From an uncultured Ardenticatenales bacterium (GTDB lineage Bacteria > Chloroflexota > Anaerolineae > Ardenticatenales > JAADHH01), in the NCBI GenBank assembly GCA_964455755.1, contig CAYWAK010000003.1, positions 1-37,081 of the forward strand: a DNA stretch of 37,081 nucleotides. Reading direction: 5' to 3'. The notes beneath the pieces were generated by a model. It was not told where the DNA came from and did no database searches. It worked only from the letters and a program-made list of their open reading frames with translations. Position 1 is the stretch's first letter; each line of letters starts with the position of its first letter. Of the stretch, positions 8,427 to 15,898 are shown piece by piece. Made by a program: the position numbers and the translations under genes.

Positions 8427-9961
8427 CAATTCGCGGTCCTCCCATACACAAAAACGTCCGCCGTTTCCACCGGCCCGCGAAACGAGCGGTTTTCCTGACG
8501 CAGCACGTAGCTCCGGTCGAAGGCCGCCTTGATCGCCCGAATCTGGTCGAAACGGGGGTCGTTAGGGTAAGCGTCAAGGGGGGCAACGAGCCAGACCTGC
8601 CCCGCCGGGCCAAGCGATTGTTGCACAAACTGCAACGTGGGCGTGATCGTGGCGCGCTCCCAGCGCAGGTTGTAGTCCAGCCATTCGATTTCTTCCACGC
8701 GCCGGCCTGGTTCATCGGGAAAGGAGACTTGCGGCAGGCTGCCCCGGTAATAATAGTTAAACGTCGTCGCCAGATAATCCGGGGCAATGACAATCACGTC
8801 TCCCGGCTTGCTGTTCTCCTGGACAAAGGCGGCCACTTCGCGCAGACTGGAGGGGGGCTGGTCCAACTCGGGAATCAAAACGTGCGCCCACAACAGTACG
8901 ACGATGGCAACCGTGGTGACCATAAGGGGCCAAAAGCGCAGGCCAAACACGCCCCGCGCCAGCAGCAGACAGAGGGCCGGATAGACCGCCATCGTGGCGT
9001 AGGAAGGGACCACGCCCAACCCGCTGCCGGTCAGCAGCACCGCCATCAGCAGTGGGCCGGCAATACAGGCCAACATGAGTGTCGGCGCAGGATTCATGTC
9101 CAATCGAAAGGAAAGACTCTCCCGCTCCCGCACCAGAACGAAGGTTCCCAAGAAAAACAGCAGGAACCACAAATAGTAGCGCCCGCCGAGGAAGGCCATT
9201 CCGGTCATTTCGTTGGCAATGCGGAACAGATTGCCCAGCCGCGAGCCTTGCGAGAGCCAGCTTCCGGCCACCACCAAGTGGTGATTTTGCTTCACCAGCA
9301 CCGGAACCCAAGGGAGATATCCCAAACCAACCACGAACTCGGAAGCGAACCAGACACGGAACCGGCTGCGTTCCTCCGCGTTCCATGCCAGCCGAAAGAG
9401 GGCCCATACGCCCTGGCTGGTCACGACGAGCAGCGCCCAGTTGTGGGTGTAGAGCGAGAGAAGAGAGAAGGCCACGTAGGCAACCCAGTCTCTCCGTTGC
9501 CCATCCCGCCAGGCCCGGTACAGGAAGCCCATGGAGAGCGTGGTGAAGAGGGCCAGCAGCGTATACATGCGCGCCTCGTGCGAGACCGACACATGCAAGG
9601 GCAAGCCCGTGCCAAAAGCAGCGGCCAGCAGCCCTGTCCGCGTGTCGAACATCTCCTGTCCCAGCCAAAACAGGAGCGGGATCACGGCGATTCCGGCGAG
9701 AGCAGAGAGCAACCGAATCTGCAGTTCCCCGCGCCCCGCCAGCGGGACCAAGAAGTGCACCAGGAAATGGAAGACGACAGGTGGATGACCGCCCTGGATT
9801 AAGGCCTGTATGATCCCCCCCGGGAACGACTTCAGGGAGACGAAGATTCCCTGGGCTTCATCGCGCCAAAAACCATACGCTCCCAGCCGGTAAAGGCGCA
9901 GGATTGCGCCGGCACCGGTTAGGATGATCAAAATTGCAAGGTCTCGTCGTTTCGTGTTCAT
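8426..9961 (-). CDS. polytopic GT-C-fold glycosyltransferase, GT39 (PMT_2)-like, paralog B1
   Basis: Motifs FWRDEAQG (loop-1 DE) and HEARMYTLLALF, multiple TM helices, C-terminal soluble domain. Alignable with 20896-22407. ATG at 9961 (MNTKRRDL) is preferred over the TTG at 9991 used by the ORF track. Confidence 0.8.
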   Translation of the reverse strand: MNTKRRDLAILIILTGAGAILRLYRLGAYGFWRDEAQGIFVSLKSFPGGIIQALIQGGHPPVVFHFLVHFLVPLAGRGELQIRLLSALAGIAVIPLLFWLGQEMFDTRTGLLAAAFGTGLPLHVSVSHEARMYTLLALFTTLSMGFLYRAWRDGQRRDWVAYVAFSLLSLYTHNWALLVVTSQGVWALFRLAWNAEERSRFRVWFASEFVVGLGYLPWVPVLVKQNHHLVVAGSWLSQGSRLGNLFRIANEMTGMAFLGGRYYLWFLLFFLGTFVLVRERESLSFRLDMNPAPTLMLACIAGPLLMAVLLTGSGLGVVPSYATMAVYPALCLLLARGVFGLRFWPLMVTTVAIVVLLWAHVLIPELDQPPSSLREVAAFVQENSKPGDVIVIAPDYLATTFNYYYRGSLPQVSFPDEPGRRVEEIEWLDYNLRWERATITPTLQFVQQSLGPAGQVWLVAPLDAYPNDPRFDQIRAIKAAFDRSYVLRQENRSFRGPVETADVFVYGRTAN

Positions 9962-10090
9962 TTTGGTTTTGTACGTACAGCGCCTTTCCAAACAAGTGCG
10001 TTGTGCCTTGGAGGCAGCTATCTCACCACAAAGGCCTAAAGAAAAGAAACTCCTCGTATCGCGCGGGGCGTAGGAAACTCTCCCTGTTGC

Positions 10091-11731
10091 CTACTGTCCA
10101 CTCCCTTCATACCGGAAAACGACCAGCTTGTTGTCCGGGTCTTCGTTGTCTTCGTAAACCTCCTTGAGGTCGGGGGGCTGCGTTTCGGGCACGAGCAGCG
10201 GGCTCAACTGCGGCCGCAGTTTGCGGACTTCGTGCTCCTCCAGGACGAAGTATTCGACGCCCTTTGCCTCCGCGTAGGGCCGAATTTCCGGCCAAGTTGC
10301 ATTCGGCGTGGGCACCCAACGGGCGGCATCGGCGTGGAAGGCGATGGCCGGGTAGCGCGACATGACCGTAGCGCCGGCCGGCAGGTTCGCCTTCATCCAC
10401 AGCCCGACATGGCGGTGGGCCGGGTTCCACGATCCCAGGCTGGTGTTTGCGTCCACGCGGGGGATCATCACGGCGAAAAAGGCCACCGAGACGAGCGCCG
10501 GAATCATCAACAAAGCCGCCCCTTGTTTCGGCCCGGATATCCTTCTGCCCGTGATTTCTGCGGCCGTCTCCTTCAGCCATTCTCCCCCTTCCCGAACACC
10601 GTGCGCCGCCCAAATCAGCAAGGAGGGGATGGCCGTGGCGATGTAGCGCTCCTGAATAAAGAAGAGCAGAAAGGCCGTCACCGGCAAGCAGGAAATGAGC
10701 AGAAACCCCTCGCGCCGTACGCGGTCACGATCCCACGGACGGCGGAACCATCCCAGGCACAGGAAGGGCAAAAGGTAGATCGGTATCATCCGCGAGGAAA
10801 TCATCAGGTGGGCGAACTGGGCCACGTTGCGTTTGAACAGCCGCAAGAAGTCTTGCGGATCGGCCAAAATGGTTTGCACCATGCTGACGTTGTAGCTTTG
10901 CCGCGAGAAGAAGAAGACTTCCCGACCGGTGCTGTCCAAACCCCAGGTGGCCCGGTCAAACGTAGCGACGTCGCTGTAGGCCAGGCTCTTGCTGGTGACG
11001 TACGTCACGCCGGCCTTCTCGCTGATCATCCATTCGCCCGTTTCGCCGTGGACGTACACCGCGTAGGGCATGAAGAAGAGCGCGAAACCGGCCACGTAGG
11101 CGGCCAAACGGAGCGCCTCTGATCGCGTGAATAGTTGGCGCTCCAGCAGGCGCACGAGCAAGAAATAGCCACCCACGGCGGCCAGGTAGGCAATTGCCTC
11201 CGGCCGGGTCAGGTAGGCGAGGGCGAACATCGCGCCGGCACCGGCATAGGCCCAGGCCGACCGTTTTTCGAGGGCGAGGAGGGCTGCCAGCAGGCCGGTG
11301 TAGATGAACAGGTAGTAGGGCGGCTCGGTGAGTGTGCCCCAATGGATTACACCGGCGGTAAGCGCCGGGTGCAGCGAGACGAAGAGCAGAGCCACCACAG
11401 CCGTAGGGCGGCCATACATACGTCGCGCCAGCAGGTAGACCGGAAGGCCCAACAGCGCACCGAGTACGATATACCAAATGCGGCTGGCCAGTTCCAGGTT
11501 GTGTGTCACCAGGTAGAGCGCGCCGGTGAGCAACGGATAGAGCGGCGTATGATGGACGTCAGAATAGCCGGTGAAGGTGTAGCCGTGGCCGGTCAGCCAA
11601 TTTCGGCCCAGCCAGAGATAGAACGGCTCATCGCCCCACACAACGCGCTGGGGAGAAGCCAACGCGACGCGCAGGCCGGCCGCCAGGACGATGACGGCTG
11701 CAACCAGCCACCATTCCTGTTTCCTACGCAT
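10091..11731 (-). CDS. polytopic GT-C-fold glycosyltransferase, PMT/ArnT-like, paralog A2
   Basis: 546 aa. WGDEPFY, HHTPLYPL and AYLTRPEA (identical to A1). The C-terminal EVRKLRPQLSPLL...LVVFRY parallels A1 (ELTVLRPHLRFLL...VLVFRL). ATG at 11731 overlaps the DUF2304 stop by 8 nt. Confidence 0.8.
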   Translation of the reverse strand: MRRKQEWWLVAAVIVLAAGLRVALASPQRVVWGDEPFYLWLGRNWLTGHGYTFTGYSDVHHTPLYPLLTGALYLVTHNLELASRIWYIVLGALLGLPVYLLARRMYGRPTAVVALLFVSLHPALTAGVIHWGTLTEPPYYLFIYTGLLAALLALEKRSAWAYAGAGAMFALAYLTRPEAIAYLAAVGGYFLLVRLLERQLFTRSEALRLAAYVAGFALFFMPYAVYVHGETGEWMISEKAGVTYVTSKSLAYSDVATFDRATWGLDSTGREVFFFSRQSYNVSMVQTILADPQDFLRLFKRNVAQFAHLMISSRMIPIYLLPFLCLGWFRRPWDRDRVRREGFLLISCLPVTAFLLFFIQERYIATAIPSLLIWAAHGVREGGEWLKETAAEITGRRISGPKQGAALLMIPALVSVAFFAVMIPRVDANTSLGSWNPAHRHVGLWMKANLPAGATVMSRYPAIAFHADAARWVPTPNATWPEIRPYAEAKGVEYFVLEEHEVRKLRPQLSPLLVPETQPPDLKEVYEDNEDPDNKLVVFRYEGSGQ

Positions 11732-12101
11732 GGTCGCCCCCCGATTCGGCAGCCGGCTGTTCCAGCTCGGCCACGCGTTGGGAAAGAAGAGCTACCTCTT
11801 GCGTCAGCACCTTGATTTGCTCCGTAAAGCGGGAAATGCTGACGGAAAACTGGAACAGGATGAAGAGCAAAAAGAGAAAGAAGAGCACAAAAAGCAGCGC
11901 CGGCGGATAGTCTATGCCAATGGCGTAGGCCAGCACATCCAGCCAGTCAATCGTCAAGGGGGCGATGACCAACGCGGCCCCGGCAAACAGCCAGAGCAAA
12001 GCAAACTCCTCTTTCAGCTTCCGCGTACGCACCAGGTTTATCACAAACGCCAGCACCCCCAGGCTAAGCAAGACGACAAACACTTTAGCCCGTATGGACA
12101 T
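11724..12101 (-). CDS. DUF2304-like small membrane protein (3-4 TM + C-terminal coiled-coil)
   Basis: ATG at 12101 (MSIRAKV...) is preceded by AGGAGG. Hydrophobic core, ...EEFALLWLFAG..., and amphipathic tail QIKVLTQEVALLSQRVAELEQ. This small-protein type usually accompanies GT2 polyprenyl-P-sugar synthases. Confidence 0.65.
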   Translation of the reverse strand: MSIRAKVFVVLLSLGVLAFVINLVRTRKLKEEFALLWLFAGAALVIAPLTIDWLDVLAYAIGIDYPPALLFVLFFLFLLFILFQFSVSISRFTEQIKVLTQEVALLSQRVAELEQPAAESGGDHA

Positions 12102-12130
12102 ACTCTCTCCCCTCCTAACCCTGAAAAGCC

Positions 12131-12207
12131 GGAACAAAAAAAGATGGCCACAGATTTCTCAGATTATTCTTGGTTTTTTCAATCTGTGTCATCCGTGAAA
12201 TCTGTGG
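12131..12207 (-). terminator. long hairpin + T-tract (terminator/attenuator-like) built from CAC[AG]GAT repeats
   Basis: On the minus strand, the arms CCACAGATTTC (12207-12197) and GAAATCTGTGG (12158-12148) flank an inner CAGATT/AATCTG pairing, followed by CCATCTTTTTTTG. Lies between the GT87 stop and the DUF2304 start. Confidence 0.45.
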
Positions 12208-12208
12208 T

Positions 12209-13537
12209 TCATTTTCTTGCCCAGAAAACAAGATTCTCGTTGATTACGTTCCTGCGTGCCAGCACGCCAAAGAACAGACCCCACAAAAGCAGCGTTCCGA
12301 TCAAGATGTGAGACTGAATCAAACGGATCACAAAGCGCACGTTGAACGAAAACTCCCGGCCGACGAGGAGATAGGCCGCCACCAGAAGAATCGTCACCGC
12401 CCAGGGAAATGGGTTCTGGTGCGTCGCCCATCGCCAAATGACAATGAAGGGGAGCAGCAACCAGACAAAAGCATAGATTTGGGAGTGCGGCGAGACCAGC
12501 AGTAAGACAACCACTGCAAAGGCATACTCCAACGTGAATCTTTCGCCGTCCGGTTCACTCTTTCCCCACGTGACGGCCAGGAAGGGCAACGTGACCACTG
12601 CGCCGGCCAGCAAGGTCAGGGACCAGGCCAGCGCCGGACTGTCTATCCCCCGCACCGGCGTCACGAAAAGGTTGGCGGTGAACGCGCGACTGAAGAATCC
12701 GCTGAGGGACTGGTTGTAGGGAAAAGCGGCGAACCCCCCACGGCTGTACACCGAGGTAAAGGCCAGGTAACGCGGGATGTTGTCCAGCCCCACAACGGCA
12801 TACGAAAGGATGAGCAAGGTCAACGCACTACCGATTCCCCATGCCGCAGATTTCCAGCGCCGCTTCCAAAGGAGGAAGCCGATCAACGCACCGGGGAAGA
12901 ACTTCAACGCGGTGGCCATGCCCAAAGAGAGTCCGGCCAACCCCTCTCGCCGATTTCTCAAAGCCCACAGCGCCGCCGCCAGCAGGATGAACTGGGCGAT
13001 TTCCATTTGCCCCAGCCGCAAGGCCACCGTGGCCGGGTAGAACTGGTAGAGCAGCAGCAATGTCGCCAGGCCGAGTGTCCAGGTGAGCCGTCCCAGGGCA
13101 AGGAGGGTCAGCGCACAACCGCCCCACAAGAATAGGAAATTCGCCACCGTCCAGCCGGCGGCGGCGTTCGCATACGGGATCCAGGTCAGCGGCAGAAACA
13201 GAATCGCGGCCAGCGGCGGGTAGGCATAGGGCCAAACTGTGTCCGGGTTCTTCAGCACAAACGAACCGCTTTCAATCGCGGTCTGGAACGCCGGCAAGTC
13301 ATGGTAAATATCCTGCCCGTTTCGCAGCCGCACGGCAGCCTGGTAAAAGACCGCAAAGTCATGGTTATTGGTGATGGCCCACACGTGGGCATAATCGAGG
13401 GCCAGCAAAACCGTCAGGCCGGCGAGGAGCAGCCAGCGCCCCCAGGCCGCACGGTCGTCGAAAACGCGCACGCCCACGTCAGACCTCTTCGCCCCGGCTT
13501 TCAAGGTACGCCTCCAGGGCCTTTTCCATGGGCGCAA
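12209..13537 (-). CDS. GT87 / DUF2029-family polytopic mannosyltransferase-like protein (PimE-like GT-C)
   Basis: 442-aa hydrophobic ORF with an N-terminal loop motif NNHDFAVFYQAAVRLRNGQDIY typical of DUF2029/GT87. Start is uncertain: 13537, or GTG at 13477 one nt after the upstream stop. Confidence 0.7.
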   Translation of the reverse strand: MRPWKRPWRRTLKAGAKRSDVGVRVFDDRAAWGRWLLLAGLTVLLALDYAHVWAITNNHDFAVFYQAAVRLRNGQDIYHDLPAFQTAIESGSFVLKNPDTVWPYAYPPLAAILFLPLTWIPYANAAAGWTVANFLFLWGGCALTLLALGRLTWTLGLATLLLLYQFYPATVALRLGQMEIAQFILLAAALWALRNRREGLAGLSLGMATALKFFPGALIGFLLWKRRWKSAAWGIGSALTLLILSYAVVGLDNIPRYLAFTSVYSRGGFAAFPYNQSLSGFFSRAFTANLFVTPVRGIDSPALAWSLTLLAGAVVTLPFLAVTWGKSEPDGERFTLEYAFAVVVLLLVSPHSQIYAFVWLLLPFIVIWRWATHQNPFPWAVTILLVAAYLLVGREFSFNVRFVIRLIQSHILIGTLLLWGLFFGVLARRNVINENLVFWARK

Positions 13538-14360
13538 AGCGGAACCGGTTGAGAATCCTGGCCAGTTTGACCAGCGTGCTGTCTATGTTGTGGTAAGTAA
13601 TGAAACTGTCCTGCGGCGAAAGGTTTGCCACGTGTGGCGTTCCCGGATACGTTTCCCAGGGATGGACGTAGAGCGTGAACGGAATTCCGCCGGCGTTGAG
13701 CCTGCGCAGCCCCCACGTAAGGAGCGAAAGCGGAAACAAGCGGAGGTAGAAACCGCCGGCCAGCGGAATCTTCACTGGCCCGGCTTGAACCACAGGCATG
13801 GGAAACTCCCACAACAGCCCCCGGCCCGGGGCGTCCTTCGTTACATCTTCCGTATGCAAGCGGTACGGCGTAGGGGGGCAAGTATCCACGCCGTATAGCG
13901 GCGTGCGCATCGGAAAAATGCTCGAATCGTAGCGATAGCCGGCTTCGGAAAGGACACGAATGGCCCAGTTCGTTTGCTGGTTCAGGGAAAAGGTCGGTGC
14001 GCGAAATCCGGCGGTGGCGAAGTCCGCGCCCAGGAGATCACGGGTGAGTTCGGCGAAGGCGGCAACCTCCTCCCGAAAGGCCTCTTCCCCCATCTGATGG
14101 AGGAGCCGGTGGGACATGGTGTGGAAGGCGATCTCGTGTCCTTCGTCATGGAGGGTGCGCACAAGTGCAGGGTGCCGGCGGGCGATCTCTCCCACGAAGA
14201 AGAAAGTTGCCCGCACACCCTGGCGGCGAAACAAGTGTCGCAAGGGAGCCAAAGCTTCCTCTACTTGCGAGATCCTTTCGGTTTCGGGCACACGGTGGCG
14301 CACGATTTCAGCATGGTACCACGCTTCCACATCAACCGTAAGGGCATTGACAATTTTCAT
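13479..14360 (-). CDS. polysaccharide deacetylase (NodB fold) with DUF3473-type C-terminus
   Basis: MKIVNALTVDVEAWYH..., HEIAFHTMSH metal/His motifs, and C-terminal LAGGFYLRLFP typical of DUF3473 deacetylases. ATG at 14360 overlaps the upstream GT2 stop (ATGA). The ORF-track start at 14453 is rejected. Confidence 0.8.
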   Translation of the reverse strand: MKIVNALTVDVEAWYHAEIVRHRVPETERISQVEEALAPLRHLFRRQGVRATFFFVGEIARRHPALVRTLHDEGHEIAFHTMSHRLLHQMGEEAFREEVAAFAELTRDLLGADFATAGFRAPTFSLNQQTNWAIRVLSEAGYRYDSSIFPMRTPLYGVDTCPPTPYRLHTEDVTKDAPGRGLLWEFPMPVVQAGPVKIPLAGGFYLRLFPLSLLTWGLRRLNAGGIPFTLYVHPWETYPGTPHVANLSPQDSFITYHNIDSTLVKLARILNRFRFAPMEKALEAYLESRGEEV

Positions 14361-15112
14361 AAGCGACCACGTCCGTTTAGATTGGTTTTCTGTCGCAGTT
14401 CGACAACCAGGATAGACAAGAGCATCTTGAAAACGTAGTAGAGGGGTTTCCATCCGGCGTGCATAGACCGGCCGCTGAGCCGGTCTCTGATCGTCACCGG
14501 AACCTCTTTCACGCGAAAGCCGGCGTATTTCAGGAGGAGGATGGTGTCGGCATCGGGATAATCGGTCGGGTAATTGTCACGGGCAAAAAAACGCATCACC
14601 TCCCCGCTCAAGCACTGGAAGCCAGAGGTGGGGTCGGTGAATCGCTGCTTGCCCATGCGGTCCACGATTTTCCGAAAGAAGGCCATGCCCAGTCGCCGGG
14701 TGAGGGGAACCTGGTACATTGCCCGGCCCAGGAAGCGGGAGCCCAGAGCGACGTCTGCCTGCCCCGTTTGCACGACAGAGAGGAGCGCTGGGACGCTATG
14801 CGGGTCGTGTTGCCCATCGGCATCCATCAGCAGGCCGAGGGCGTAGCCGCGCTCCGAGGCATAGCGGAAACCGGTCTGCACCGCCCCTCCGTATCCGAGG
14901 TTGCAGGGCAATTGCACAACCTTCGCTCCCAAACGGTGCGCCACCGCCGCCGTCTCATCGGCGGAGCAGTCATCCACGACCAGGATGTCCGCCTCGCGCA
15001 ACACTTCGCGCAGCTCGGCGATCACGCGCGGCAAGTTTTCGGCTTCGTTGTACGCCGGCATAATGACGATGGGCCGGGCCGCCGCCACTTGATTTTCCAC
15101 CGAGCTGCTCAT
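14357..15112 (-). CDS. GT2 glycosyltransferase, polyprenyl-phosphate sugar synthase-like (ArnC/GtrB/CsbB-like)
   Basis: IVIMPAYNEAENL, VVDDCSADET and MDADGQHDP (DxD region), with a hydrophobic C-terminal helix YYVFKMLLSILVVEL. ATGA overlaps at both ends. Confidence 0.8.
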   Translation of the reverse strand: MSSSVENQVAAARPIVIMPAYNEAENLPRVIAELREVLREADILVVDDCSADETAAVAHRLGAKVVQLPCNLGYGGAVQTGFRYASERGYALGLLMDADGQHDPHSVPALLSVVQTGQADVALGSRFLGRAMYQVPLTRRLGMAFFRKIVDRMGKQRFTDPTSGFQCLSGEVMRFFARDNYPTDYPDADTILLLKYAGFRVKEVPVTIRDRLSGRSMHAGWKPLYYVFKMLLSILVVELRQKTNLNGRGRL

Positions 15113-15873
15113 CCTTCCCGCCCCACCTGTTTACGGTAAGCGGCTACCCAGGCATCCCAGGGTAGCCCTCCCCACCGCAATCGAAAGACCGTATACATTG
15201 CTTTCGCGATCTCTATTTTCGAGATTTTGGACGATCCCCGTTGCCGGTTCTCAAAAATGATCGGCACCTCCCCGATCCGAAAGCCCAATTCCTGACACTT
15301 GTAGATCATCTCAATCAGAAAAGAATAGCCGCTGGAAAATATCTGGTCAAGCGGTATCGCCTGCAGAACCTCGCGCCGGTAACAGCGAAATCCGGCGGTA
15401 CAATCGTGCGCGTGCAGGCCGAGCATCGTTTTGGCCACCCCGTTTGCCCCGCGACTGAGCATCTTCCGCGACCAGGTGCAATAGCGGGTTCCGCCTCCCG
15501 GCACGTATCGCGAGCCGATCACGACATCGCAGTCGCTCATGGCCTGCAACATGCTCGGAATGTAGCGCGGGTTGTGGGAGAAATCAGCATCCATGGTCAC
15601 GATGTAGTCAACGTCCCGCGCAAAGGCGTGCCGAAAGCCGGCGATGTAGGCCGTGCCCAATCCCAACTTGCTCGCACGGTGGATTACAGAGATTTCTTTG
15701 TGCGTTCCGGCCAGATCGTCGGCCAATTGCCCGGTGCCGTCGGGCGAGTTGTCGTCTACCACGACCGGCATCAGACCCAGGTCAAGCGCCAGGAGTTGCT
15801 CAATCAGGCTGGGTAAGTTCTCGATTTCGTTGTAGGTGGGGACAATTACGGCCGTCCTCTTTTCCTTGCTCAT
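15109..15873 (-). CDS. GT2 polyprenol-monophosphomannose synthase-like (Ppm1/DPM1-like)
   Basis: VIVPTYNEIENL, VVDDNSPDGTG, TMDADFSHNP and VIGSRY follow the classic DPM1/Ppm1 pattern. ATG at 15873 (MSKEKR) is preferred; the ORF-track start at 15894 is TTG. Confidence 0.8.
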   Translation of the reverse strand: MSKEKRTAVIVPTYNEIENLPSLIEQLLALDLGLMPVVVDDNSPDGTGQLADDLAGTHKEISVIHRASKLGLGTAYIAGFRHAFARDVDYIVTMDADFSHNPRYIPSMLQAMSDCDVVIGSRYVPGGGTRYCTWSRKMLSRGANGVAKTMLGLHAHDCTAGFRCYRREVLQAIPLDQIFSSGYSFLIEMIYKCQELGFRIGEVPIIFENRQRGSSKISKIEIAKAMYTVFRLRWGGLPWDAWVAAYRKQVGREG

Positions 15874-15898
15874 AGGAATGACCTGTCTTCGCAATTCA

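Noticed and set aside
8618-9802. 394-aa plus-strand ORF opposite the GT39-like gene B1
   Set aside because: Its Gln/Arg/Gly/His-rich composition has no hydrophobic or domain structure. It is the mirror of a convincing polytopic membrane protein.
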